A stretch of DNA of 64,000 bases from Patescibacteria group bacterium (GTDB lineage: Bacteria; Patescibacteriota; Minisyncoccia; Phycocordibacterales; PALSA-1337), in assembly GCA_038065415.1 (NCBI GenBank), contig JBBTRA010000007.1, forward strand, positions 34,615 through 98,614, given 5' to 3'. The notes under the pieces were generated by a model, which was not told where the DNA came from, ran no database searches, and saw only the letters and a list, made by a program, of their open reading frames with translations. Below are positions 27,872 to 37,045 of the stretch, in pieces. The first letter of the stretch is position 1. Every line of letters begins with the position of its first letter. The translations under genes were made by a program, and so were the position numbers.

Positions 27872-30409
27872 TTATTTGAGCTCACCCCATGTTCCCCCGA
27901 TTGCACCTTCAGCTTTCATGACAATACCCTTGGTATCCTCCGTACTCATCACCGATTCCATGATCTTCACAATCTGCTTCGAGATTTCTTCTGCCTTTTC
28001 ATCCTTTATCTCATACACGAGCTCGTCATGCACTTGGAGTAACGCATGTGCATCATTCTGCAATCCCTCTTTTTTGAGATATTCATCGATTCTGATCATA
28101 GCTATCTTGATGACATCAGCCTCTGTGCCCTGAATGGGCGCATTGATAGCCATGCGTTCAGCCTGTGCGCGGATATATGGGATCTTGGACTTGATCCCCT
28201 CGAAATATCTCCGACGACCATAGAATGTCTCTGTGTAGCCGCGGCGTGCAGTCTCAGCCTTCACTTCATTGAGATAGTCCGCCAGACGCGAAAATGTGTG
28301 GAAATAATCATCATAAAATTTCTGCGCAGTCGGACGGTCAGTACCGATGCTCTTCTGCAGAGAGGTCACGCCCATACCGTAGAGCATACCGAAATTGATC
28401 GCTTTCGCTTGGCGACGCATCTCTGAAGTAACCGTGTCTTGAGGAACCTTGAATACGAATGAGGCCACAGATGCATGAACATCCTCCCCTCCTTTGAAGA
28501 TCTCTATCATCTTCTCGTCACCAGAAAGGAAAGCTGCGATGCGTAGTTCCATCTGCGAATAGTCGAAGCTGCACAGCCTGAAGCCTCTCTCTGACACAAA
28601 GGCGTGACGGATTGCTTTGCCGAGCTCAGTCTTGATGGGAATATTCTGCAGGTTCGGATTGATGGATGCCATACGCCCGGTCGATGATCCAGCCGAAACG
28701 AGGTGCGAGTGCAGGCGATTCTTGTCATCCAAGAGCGGCGGGATAGCGTCGATATATGTAGAGAGAAGCTTAGTGAGCTCTCGATACTCGAATATGAGCT
28801 TCACGATCGGGTGTAAATCGACTAGTTTTTCCAGCTCGGATTCTTTGGTAGATCGTGCACCACCGGCAGTTTTCTTCATACCTTTTGCCGTCAATCCCAA
28901 TTTATCAAAAAGCACTTCGCCAAGCTGTTTTGGTGAGCTGATGTTGAACTCCATATCTGCCAGCTTCCAAATTTCCTTTTGCAGTCGATTTGCTTCTGCA
29001 TGATATTTCTGCGACAAATCCGTCAATAAAATCTTGTCTACCTTGATTCCCCTCTCTTCCATCTTGTCGGTAATCGAAATGAGTGGCAATTCAATCTCTT
29101 CGTACACCTTACGGAGATTTCTTTTGTCGAGCTCGGTATACACCGTCTTGCGCGCTTTGGCGAAATCGTCAGTATTACCGAAATTAAGTAGGTCTTCGAG
29201 CGTCGGGTTAGTGAGGTTTGAGTTGACGAGCCAGAGTGCGAGAAGAGTCTCCTTGAGGAGTTTGGGGTCGATGGCGCTGTTGAATAACGAAGTGGCTGCA
29301 GGAGCAGCGGCCGAAGAAAGCAGATTCGCTCGGGGTACGCCGTCTGCGTCTGCTGACGCAGCGGCTCGTTCTCCCTCGTCTGCACTCAGTCCGAAAGCCC
29401 CCTCAGAATCTCTTTCTTCGGCCGCTGCAACACTGCTCCCAATAACCTTTTGCAACCTCTGCACCAACGTCCTGAATTCCAACTCCGTCCAGAGCGCCGT
29501 CACTTTCTTGAGATCGAGTCCTTCCCTGAATGTCTTCTCGGGCAATACGAACTCAACCGGCGATTTCCTATTGATCGTCGCTAACATCTTGCTGAATTCA
29601 GCCTCCTCCTTATTGTCTTTCAGGAGTTGGACGATACGCGGAGTGATTCCTGCATCCAAGAATTTCTTCTCATGTCCAGCTTCGAGTTCTTTGTACATAT
29701 TCTCGATCGTACCAAATGTGGTGATCAATATCGTGGCAGTTTTCTCGCCGATGCCTTTCACGCCGATGATATTGTCGGATGTGTCGCCACGAAGGCCTTT
29801 GTAGTCAGGTATGAGCTCCGGACCAAATCCAAATCGTTCACGCACAAGATCCTCATCATAGAGGATGGTATCCTTGATTCCTTTCTTAAGTGTATAGACC
29901 TGAACAACTTTGTCCTTCACCAGCTGGAGCGTGTCCATGTCGCCCGAGGCAATAACAATATCGATACGAGGCGAATCTTTCTTCTTGTCTTCGTTCTGCA
30001 CCCTCACCTGTTCGACGATCGTACCAAGCATATCATCCGCTTCGTACCCTTCCTTGCTGTAGATCGGTATATCGAGCGCCTTGAATATATCGTATGACCT
30101 ATTGATCTGCGTGATGAGATCATCATCTGTTTCTTTGCGCTGAGCCTTGTATCCTTTGTACGCCTCATGACGATAGGTTGGACCCTTCACGTCGAAGCAG
30201 GCAACGATGTAATCGGGCTTGAGACCTTCGATAGCACTAATGAGCATGGCGGAGAGGCCATAGAGTGCACCAGTCGGCTCCCCGCGAGCTGTCGAAAAGT
30301 CAGGGAGAGCATGATATGCGCGATGGAGTATGGCGTGCGAATCGAGCAGGACCAACCTCCTGCTTTCTTGTTTGACCACCTTCGTTTCCTTTTTCTTAGC
30401 TGGTGACAT
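27872..30409 (-). CDS. polA: DNA polymerase I (5'-3' exonuclease + polymerase; reduced middle domain)
   Basis: LLDSHAILHRAYHA, YEADD, GD.SDNI.GVKGIGEK, DYSQMELR, KAINFGMLYG, QVHDEL. Confidence 0.98.
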   Translation of the reverse strand: MSPAKKKETKVVKQESRRLVLLDSHAILHRAYHALPDFSTARGEPTGALYGLSAMLISAIEGLKPDYIVACFDVKGPTYRHEAYKGYKAQRKETDDDLITQINRSYDIFKALDIPIYSKEGYEADDMLGTIVEQVRVQNEDKKKDSPRIDIVIASGDMDTLQLVKDKVVQVYTLKKGIKDTILYDEDLVRERFGFGPELIPDYKGLRGDTSDNIIGVKGIGEKTATILITTFGTIENMYKELEAGHEKKFLDAGITPRIVQLLKDNKEEAEFSKMLATINRKSPVEFVLPEKTFREGLDLKKVTALWTELEFRTLVQRLQKVIGSSVAAAEERDSEGAFGLSADEGERAAASADADGVPRANLLSSAAAPAATSLFNSAIDPKLLKETLLALWLVNSNLTNPTLEDLLNFGNTDDFAKARKTVYTELDKRNLRKVYEEIELPLISITDKMEERGIKVDKILLTDLSQKYHAEANRLQKEIWKLADMEFNISSPKQLGEVLFDKLGLTAKGMKKTAGGARSTKESELEKLVDLHPIVKLIFEYRELTKLLSTYIDAIPPLLDDKNRLHSHLVSAGSSTGRMASINPNLQNIPIKTELGKAIRHAFVSERGFRLCSFDYSQMELRIAAFLSGDEKMIEIFKGGEDVHASVASFVFKVPQDTVTSEMRRQAKAINFGMLYGMGVTSLQKSIGTDRPTAQKFYDDYFHTFSRLADYLNEVKAETARRGYTETFYGRRRYFEGIKSKIPYIRAQAERMAINAPIQGTEADVIKIAMIRIDEYLKKEGLQNDAHALLQVHDELVYEIKDEKAEEISKQIVKIMESVMSTEDTKGIVMKAEGAIGGTWGELK
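29304..29428. repeat. Palindromic element inserted in frame within polA
   Basis: gcagcggccgaagaaag(c)agattc ... gaatctctttcttcggccgctgc terminal inverted repeats plus an inner hairpin. Confidence 0.8.
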
Positions 30410-30462
30410 AGGGGCATTGTACACCAGAATAGACGGGTTATGAACAAATAAAAAACCGCCCG

Positions 30463-30897
30463 TTAGAGCAGTTTCTGGTCTACCAAAGAATTGATAGCTG
30501 TTCTGGTTTCTTCTATCAGGTCGAGTTTGAGGGCTTCAGCGGCTGTCACCAATGCATATTCATCATGGTCAGCACCGAGCTTGATGTTTCCAGATGACAT
30601 TGTGCAGAGGAAAAATATGCCAACGATCTGAAGCTGTTCCTCGCGCACAACCGGTCGCCACTCTCCCACATAGAATGGACGTCCGATCTCGACATGCAAT
30701 CCAACTTCTTCAATCGTTTCTCGCTGAATGGCATCCCTGAAATCTTCCCCAGTCTTTACTTTGCCACCAGGAAAGTCGTACTTACCTTTGTTGGCGCCTC
30801 CCTCATAGGCCACAGATTCTCTGATGAGCAGGATCTTTGAGTCCTGAATGATCACTGCCCGGACTGCGATGAATTGTTTTGAAATATTCGCGCTCAT
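30463..30897 (-). CDS. NUDIX hydrolase
   Basis: Nudix box PGGKVKTGEDFRDAIQRETIEEVG. Confidence 0.92.
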   Translation of the reverse strand: MSANISKQFIAVRAVIIQDSKILLIRESVAYEGGANKGKYDFPGGKVKTGEDFRDAIQRETIEEVGLHVEIGRPFYVGEWRPVVREEQLQIVGIFFLCTMSSGNIKLGADHDEYALVTAAEALKLDLIEETRTAINSLVDQKLL

Positions 30898-30972
30898 GAT
30901 AGTGTGCTGTATCGCAGTATACCCCCTCATCAGGAAATATCAACCACCCTCTTCGCCGCCCATCATCCCAAC

Positions 30973-31503
30973 TTACTCAGCTTTCTTCACCATTTCCATA
31001 TCGATAATGGTAGCTCCACTTTTTAATCTACCTGATTCCTCTATTGTTCTTTTTCCGGTATCTACAAAGCCTAATTTTTTATAAAAACGAATCGCATTTT
31101 CTGTATACTCTGCAACCTGAACATATGTATCCTTTTTAGGATCAAGGAATTCCATAGCTTTATTCCAAAGCCTTGTTCCTATTCCTCTATTTTGGAATTC
31201 TGGCAAAATATATAAAGTTCTTAAATGATTATTATCCTCATTCCTGGCAACAGCACACGCCCCGACAACAAGATCTCCCTTCTTTGCAACCAATCTTTTC
31301 TTGTTTTTTGGCAAATTTCTTATCAATTCTTTTAGGTTTTCTATTTTTTCGACAGAAAATTCATCCTTATAACTATCCTCTATATCATCTACCGTTACAC
31401 CTTTCTCTTTATTTGGGTATGTAGAAAGCCAAGCCTTGTAAAATACATTGGTAATTCCTAACGCATCATCAGGAATAGCATCTAAAATATCGATTTCCTC
31501 CAT
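30973..31503 (-). CDS. GNAT-family N-acetyltransferase (AT-rich)
   Basis: LYILPEFQNRGIGTRL, AIRFYKKLGF. Confidence 0.92.
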   Translation of the reverse strand: MEEIDILDAIPDDALGITNVFYKAWLSTYPNKEKGVTVDDIEDSYKDEFSVEKIENLKELIRNLPKNKKRLVAKKGDLVVGACAVARNEDNNHLRTLYILPEFQNRGIGTRLWNKAMEFLDPKKDTYVQVAEYTENAIRFYKKLGFVDTGKRTIEESGRLKSGATIIDMEMVKKAE

Positions 31504-31535
31504 GGCAAAAGTATACCAGACTGGAGCTAAAAATT

Positions 31536-32012
31536 TTATTGAAACTCAATCACTCTCTCTGTATCCTTTTCCCCCACTTTAAAATTGAGCTGCGAATATC
31601 CATCCAAGCCTTCAACCATCTCCTTTACATTCTCCGGCCACTCGATGAGAACCAGATTACCTCGATCCGCTGCGTACGCCTCAAAATCAATCGCACCCAA
31701 TTCCTTTGCGTGCTCAAGCCGATACGCATCGATATGCACCAGTCTCTCCCAAGAAAATCCTTTTGAAGAATCTATAGGATACACCTTCATAATCACAAAA
31801 GTAGGGCTCGTCACATCTTCAGTGATGCCGAGCGTCTGGGCGACGCATTTTGCAAAAGCTGTCTTGCCGGCACCTAGATGACCAGCGAGCCCGACGACCG
31901 TCGCTCCAGATGAAACACCTGTCGACGCCGATCTCTGGGCCGCGGCGCGAACCAGCCACTCTCCCGCTATCTTTGCGGTCTCTTCGGGTGAATGGGAGAT
32001 ATATTTTGCCAT
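31536..32012 (-). CDS. tsaE: tRNA t6A biosynthesis ATPase TsaE
   Basis: GHLGAGKT, VTSPTF, HIDAYRL, LIEWPE. Confidence 0.95.
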   Translation of the reverse strand: MAKYISHSPEETAKIAGEWLVRAAAQRSASTGVSSGATVVGLAGHLGAGKTAFAKCVAQTLGITEDVTSPTFVIMKVYPIDSSKGFSWERLVHIDAYRLEHAKELGAIDFEAYAADRGNLVLIEWPENVKEMVEGLDGYSQLNFKVGEKDTERVIEFQ

Positions 32013-32145
32013 GCGGTAATACTACACGCACAAGAGCGATGTCTCAAGGCGTCCCGAATACTGGGTGCCGTCGTAGAGGATGTTAGAACTGTTTTTGAAC
32101 GATTAGGTGATACCACGATTCATCTTCCCACTTTTAATTAACAAT

Positions 32146-32183
32146 AAAAAGAAGGCGCGCGTCGACAAAGTCAAACGCACGCC
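32146..32183 (-). terminator. Intrinsic terminator
   Basis: Minus strand ggcgtgcgtttgac-ttt-gtcgacgcgcgcc followed by TTCTTTTT. Confidence 0.75.
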
Positions 32184-32363
32184 CACAACTTCTAAACTGC
32201 GAACCGACAAGAGATTTTGGCCGTCGTTAGACAGCCTCCATTCTTGACTCTCCATATTGTCGCCTCACATGTCGACGGGAGGAGAGGCCCTAAACCACCG
32301 ATCGTCACCGATGGAAAAGCAGTTGTTGAGTTCGCTCTGCAACTTTCTGCTTTTTAAAATTTC

Positions 32364-32522
32364 TTACAGCGGATTTGCTTCTCGGTCACTATAACTGGAA
32401 CAGTAGACGGGAGGGGGACCATTTGGCCGCCGGCCGAATTTAATAAAGTATAGGTCTTCGGGCTTCAGTTTAGACCTACGTTTAGTGTTTGGGGTTTTTC
32501 TTCTAACCTTTGTACTTTTCAT
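32364..32522 (-). CDS. Candidate 52-aa basic small protein (not in ORF track)
   Basis: AAGGA SD then MKSTKVRRKTPNTKRRSKLKPEDLYFIKFGRRPNGPPPVYCSSYSDREANPL, just downstream of a strong promoter. Confidence 0.45.
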   Translation of the reverse strand: MKSTKVRRKTPNTKRRSKLKPEDLYFIKFGRRPNGPPPVYCSSYSDREANPL

Positions 32523-32543
32523 ATAAGATCCTTTTCCAAGCAC

Positions 32544-32590
32544 GTTAAAGAACTACTGCAATAATAGCATAGTTATTGCTTACTTGTCAA
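32544..32590 (-). promoter_or_regulatory. Sigma70 promoter followed by boxA-like motif
   Basis: TTGACA-N18-TATTAT with TG extension; AGTTCTTTAAC right after the inferred start. Confidence 0.7.
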
Positions 32591-32782
32591 TGTCTTGGGT
32601 CCCCAGAGGTCCGTTACTCTGGAGGTGTTAGGTGACGAATGTTGCTTGGAAAGTGTGGCGAGGAAGCCATTTCATTTCTGTGGCAAAAAAGGAAGAACAT
32701 CAAAAATGTATCCCTCCTTCAGTCGAATACTAAAAAGCTGCATCCCCTTTCGAAGATGCAGCTGTGAATGATGCTTCCGGAC

Positions 32783-33457
32783 TCAACGATAGATCGAGTG
32801 CGGAGGCGACGGTATCGGATGTGTCCGTGGAATGGGGCGGTTCAGGCGGGGTTGTGGTTGATGACCGTATCCTCCACCATGCCCGTATCCCCCTCGGCCG
32901 CTGTACAAATCCTGCGTCCGACGGATCTCGCGCCCTTGCATGTAGTCGGGGCTCCAGTACCTGTCAGGGTAGCTGTTGCCGAAACCGATCACATTGATAC
33001 TGGCCGATGCCTGGAAGACATTACCGAACCAGCTCGTTCTGCACGGAGACGCCGCCACAACCTGTGGTTGTGTAGGAACAGGAATGTAGTGCACCTCTGT
33101 CCGAGGCGCTTGATCCTGCCAGATGTGCGTCGACCCGACACGCGGTGCGCAGGGTTTCGGAGCGCACGGTTTTGGTTCACAGCTTTTCTCAACCTTACTG
33201 TTGCAGGAATTGGAGCATGGGCTCTTTTTCTGTGCCTGCGAACTGACGCTCACCGTGATTTCAAAGACACGAGGAGCGTTGGTTGTTTTTGCTGGTGAAG
33301 GCACCGTGGCGCACAAGCATTTCGCGGACGAAATCACCGTGATTTCATACACACGCTTGGGCGCACGTGCGCGATCGCTCGAGCATCCAGTTGTTGCGAC
33401 GCAGAGCGCCGCTACCATCCATAGTATTTTTTTCATAAAAGTGCAGTCGTGGTACAA
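32783..33457 (-). CDS. Cys/Pro-rich putative lipoprotein with internal repeats
   Basis: MKKILWMVAALCVATTG^C lipobox-like; APKRVYEITV/APRVFEITV, PKPCA x2, GGYGH x2; own terminator at ~32736-32763. Confidence 0.65.
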   Translation of the reverse strand: MYHDCTFMKKILWMVAALCVATTGCSSDRARAPKRVYEITVISSAKCLCATVPSPAKTTNAPRVFEITVSVSSQAQKKSPCSNSCNSKVEKSCEPKPCAPKPCAPRVGSTHIWQDQAPRTEVHYIPVPTQPQVVAASPCRTSWFGNVFQASASINVIGFGNSYPDRYWSPDYMQGREIRRTQDLYSGRGGYGHGGGYGHQPQPRLNRPIPRTHPIPSPPHSIYR

Positions 33458-33576
33458 AGGACCTCCCTTTGCTTCAAGTTATATTATACCATGTTTAGTG
33501 CATAAAAGTCAATATCCCTGAAATGGCTCTGTAGCGAGCTTTCACAAACCCTCACTTGACGATATAATCATCATCA

Positions 33577-35250
33577 ATGACACTCACCTTCGACGAAGAC
33601 AAGCAAAAGCGTAAGCTCGGCGAGCTGCTCCACAAAGAGGAAGAGGACCTCGTCCAGATACTTTCCGGCAAATACGGCCTGGAATACATCAACCTACTTG
33701 GTATACCTATCAACAGCGATGCACTCCGCCTCATTACCGAGGATACTGCGCGCACCAGCCGCTCAGCAGCATTTGCGCTTATAGACAAAAAGATAAAGAT
33801 CGCGACACGCAATCCCCAGGATGAAAAAGTGCAGGCGCTCATCACCGACCTCAAAACCAAGGGGTATGTGCCGGAAATCTATATCGCTTCAACACAAAGC
33901 CTCGAGAAAGCGTGGAAGATGTACAAGGATCTTTCCTTTGCCTATGAGAGTAAGGCTGGATCACTCGAGATCTCCAATGATGAAATTGCCGCTATCGTTG
34001 AGCAGGCCAAAAGCCTCCCTACTATCATCTCTATCCTAGAGAACACGCTGGCCGGCAAGAAAAGCTATCGCGTGTCTCGTATTCTCGAAACGGCAGTTGC
34101 GGGAGCACTGGCTATCGACGCATCGGATATACACCTCGAACCAGAGCAGACATATGTCCAACTTCGCTACCGTCTCGATGGTGTGCTCCAAGAAGTCGCC
34201 CGATTCGACGTCGAAACCTACGGCCTCATCCTTTCCCGTATCAAACTCATCTCGGGTATGAAGCTCAATATAAAAAAGGACTCACAGGATGGGCGTTTCA
34301 GTATCCACCTCCCTATTGGAGACATCGAGGTGCGCGTCTCTATCTTGCCAGGTGCATACAACGAGTCTGTGGTGATGCGTCTCCTCAACCCTAAATCTAT
34401 CGATGTACCGCTCGAGTCACTCGGCATCAACCCGAAGCTCCTCAATATCCTCCTAAAAGAGATAGACCGACCTGATGGTATGATTCTGACCACGGGACCG
34501 ACCGGGTCAGGAAAGACCACGACACTCTACTCATTCCTGAAGAAGGTGCACAATCCGCAGATCAAGATCGTCACCATCGAAGATCCGATCGAATACCACC
34601 TCCCCGGCATTGTACAGACGCAGGTCAATGACAAGGGCTACAACTTCCTAGAGGGTCTCCGCGCCGCTGTGCGCCAAGACCCCGACATCATCATGGTGGG
34701 TGAAATCCGCGATAATGAGACGGCTGACATCGCGGTCAACTCTGCGTTGACCGGACACCTCGTCTTCTCAACACTCCACACCAATGATGCAGCGGGAACC
34801 TATCCCCGTCTCATCGATCTCGGCGTCAACTCCAAGATCCTTACCTCCGCTATTCGTGTAGCCATGGCGCAACGCCTCGTCCGTAAACTCTGTGAATTCT
34901 GCAAGAAGGAAGTTCCCGTCGAAGGCGAGGTCCAACAGAACATTGAGACCACTTTGCAAGGAGTCGAAGACAAATCACTCATTCCTGCTGATCGTACCAA
35001 GATGTGGGTAGCAGTCGGCTGTGAGAAGTGCAACAAAACCGGCTACAAAGGTCGTATCGGTATCTATGAAGCAATACTTACTGACAAGAAGATCGAAGAT
35101 GCGGTAGAAATGAACCCGAGCGAACGCGAGATCTGGGCTGCAGCACAAGGCCAAGGCCTCCTGACCATGAGGCAAGATGGTACGCTCAAGATATTGCAGG
35201 GCGTAACCTCGATGAGCGAGCTTGAACGCGTGATCGCACTTACTGACTAA
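33577..35250 (+). CDS. pilB: Type IV pilus/T2SS assembly ATPase (PilB/GspE)
   Basis: ASDIHLEP, GPTGSGKTTT, EDPIEY, RQDPDIIMVGEIRD, STLHTN, CxxC pairs. Confidence 0.93.
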   Translation: MTLTFDEDKQKRKLGELLHKEEEDLVQILSGKYGLEYINLLGIPINSDALRLITEDTARTSRSAAFALIDKKIKIATRNPQDEKVQALITDLKTKGYVPEIYIASTQSLEKAWKMYKDLSFAYESKAGSLEISNDEIAAIVEQAKSLPTIISILENTLAGKKSYRVSRILETAVAGALAIDASDIHLEPEQTYVQLRYRLDGVLQEVARFDVETYGLILSRIKLISGMKLNIKKDSQDGRFSIHLPIGDIEVRVSILPGAYNESVVMRLLNPKSIDVPLESLGINPKLLNILLKEIDRPDGMILTTGPTGSGKTTTLYSFLKKVHNPQIKIVTIEDPIEYHLPGIVQTQVNDKGYNFLEGLRAAVRQDPDIIMVGEIRDNETADIAVNSALTGHLVFSTLHTNDAAGTYPRLIDLGVNSKILTSAIRVAMAQRLVRKLCEFCKKEVPVEGEVQQNIETTLQGVEDKSLIPADRTKMWVAVGCEKCNKTGYKGRIGIYEAILTDKKIEDAVEMNPSEREIWAAAQGQGLLTMRQDGTLKILQGVTSMSELERVIALTD

Positions 35251-35259
35251 TATACACCT

Positions 35260-35583
35260 ATGCAAAATCCAAACAATCTCGGCGATATGATACGAAAGTT
35301 ACAAGAACAGGTGAACCATGAAATACAGGAGCTTCGTGAGGCGGAAGAAAAACTCCGCGAACTAGAAACCAAGAAGGTCGCCTTGAGTCAGGAGATACCA
35401 CAATTAGAAAAGAAGATACACGCTGAGAAGCACGAGTTATTCGTAGCCGAAACTGAAATACCAAAATTGCGCTCGCAGCTCCAGAAGTTACAGCGCGAAA
35501 AGTTACAACGCCAGAGCCAGCTGGTCATGGCGCAGAAATCTCTTCAGGATGGGATCAGGAACTCTGGCACCAAACTACACTAG
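35260..35583 (+). CDS. Coiled-coil hypothetical protein
   Basis: Heptad-rich, EIPQL/EIPKL repeat. Confidence 0.7.
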   Translation: MQNPNNLGDMIRKLQEQVNHEIQELREAEEKLRELETKKVALSQEIPQLEKKIHAEKHELFVAETEIPKLRSQLQKLQREKLQRQSQLVMAQKSLQDGIRNSGTKLH

Positions 35584-35670
35584 ACGACTAAAAACACCTT
35601 TGACTCCCCTGTCAAAGGCGTGCGGTGAAACTTTTCCCCATTGATTTTATAAACCACAAGAGTAGGATGA

Positions 35671-35887
35671 GTCCAGATGAGTCTCTATCCGTTCAAACTA
35701 GAGAATCTCTAAGCAATATCTCGGCGCGTGATGCGCCAAGCGAGGTAGAGTCCCGAGGATAATTACAGTACGCAATGCAAGCATTGCAACCAGAATGTCC
35801 TTAGCACTATACCCAAACCTGGGAAGGCCATTGCTTAGAGGTTCACGAGTTCGAAATGAGCACACTCGATTATTCGGCACATCGGGC
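35671..35887 (+). ncRNA. Structured ncRNA, 6S RNA-like
   Basis: Ends pair (GUCC-A-GAUG-A-GUC / GGC-A-CAUC-GGGC), 15-bp stem 35703-35717/35830-35844, nested hairpins. Confidence 0.5.
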
Positions 35888-35990
35888 AAATAGACATATA
35901 AAAATGCGACGCCCTTCGTTCGCATTCCTGATATGCATGTTATACACTACATATGTGACTTCATGCATATCCTAGCATACACATATTAAA

Positions 35991-37001
35991 ATGTCAATAC
36001 CCCCTCCCAATACCCTTCCGGACGAGAAAGACGTGGGTTTTCTCGATCAAACCCTGCGACCTGGACGTTGGGATGAGTATATCGGGCAGAAGAATATCAA
36101 GGATAACCTCCACATACTCCTCACTGCTGCCCAGGAGCGCAAACACCCTCCTGAACACATTCTCTTCTATGGCCCCCCAGGTCTCGGCAAGACTACACTC
36201 GCACATCTTATTGCCAAGGAAACAGGCTCTCAAATGAAGGTAACCTCGGGTCCTGCTATTCTCAAGGTCGGCGACCTCGCTTCGATCGTCACCAATCTTT
36301 CATCTGGTGACATACTTTTTATCGATGAAATACATCGATTGAATAAGGCCATCGAAGAGGTACTCTACCCTGCCATGGAGTCCGGAATGCTCGATATTAT
36401 CATAGGCAAAGGACCGTCCGCAAGGACTATTCAGCTCGACCTTCCCCCGTTCACCCTCATCGCCGCAACCACGAGGATAGCCATGATTTCCTCTCCTCTG
36501 CGATCACGATTCTCCGGAGGAGTATTCAAACTAGAGTTCTATACCAACGAAGAGATTGCTCGCATTATTGAGCGTTCCGCGAAGATACTCGATATCGAGA
36601 TTCATCCTGACGCTGTACGCGAGATCGCCGTCCGTTCACGATTCACTCCTCGTACTGCAAACTACCATTTGAAGAGATGCCGCGACTACGCACAGATTCA
36701 CAAGACAACCCTTACAAAAGAGGTGGTGGAGAAGGCACTCACGATGCTTGGTGTCGATATTCTCGGCCTAACTTCGGCTGATCGAGAAATCTTGAAGGTG
36801 TTGATCACCAAGTTCGGAGGAGGTCCGACTGGCTTGAATACGATTGCGGCTGCTCTTTCCGAGGAACAAGCGACCATCGAAGAGGTATATGAACCATATT
36901 TGATACAGTTAGGCTTACTGGAGCGTACACCGAGAGGGCGCATCGCAACAGATAAAGCGTATGCGCATATGGGCGAGAAGGGTGCGGCGAAGCTTTTGTG
37001 A
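35991..37001 (+). CDS. ruvB: Holliday junction branch migration helicase RuvB
   Basis: LRP..WDEYIGQ, GPPGLGKTT, FIDEIHRL, EPYLIQ.G...RTPRGR. Confidence 0.98.
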   Translation: MSIPPPNTLPDEKDVGFLDQTLRPGRWDEYIGQKNIKDNLHILLTAAQERKHPPEHILFYGPPGLGKTTLAHLIAKETGSQMKVTSGPAILKVGDLASIVTNLSSGDILFIDEIHRLNKAIEEVLYPAMESGMLDIIIGKGPSARTIQLDLPPFTLIAATTRIAMISSPLRSRFSGGVFKLEFYTNEEIARIIERSAKILDIEIHPDAVREIAVRSRFTPRTANYHLKRCRDYAQIHKTTLTKEVVEKALTMLGVDILGLTSADREILKVLITKFGGGPTGLNTIAAALSEEQATIEEVYEPYLIQLGLLERTPRGRIATDKAYAHMGEKGAAKLL

Positions 37002-37045
37002 AAATAATGAAGTATACTTTACAGCGATAATCTCACACCAACCAC

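Noticed and set aside
32100-32600. tmRNA or SRP RNA
   Set aside because: No tRNA-like ends or TTCGA arm, no convincing tag ORF, and no SRP GGAA/AGCAG loop.
35666-35683. Tandem GATGAGTC as a hammerhead ribozyme core
   Set aside because: Lacks CTGA and correctly placed GAAA and stems.
35700-35890. RNase P RNA (GAGGTAGAGTCC resembles GAGGAAAGTCC)
   Set aside because: No matching 3' ACAGAA..CGGCTTA P4 strand, and the long-range pairing does not fit the RNase P fold.
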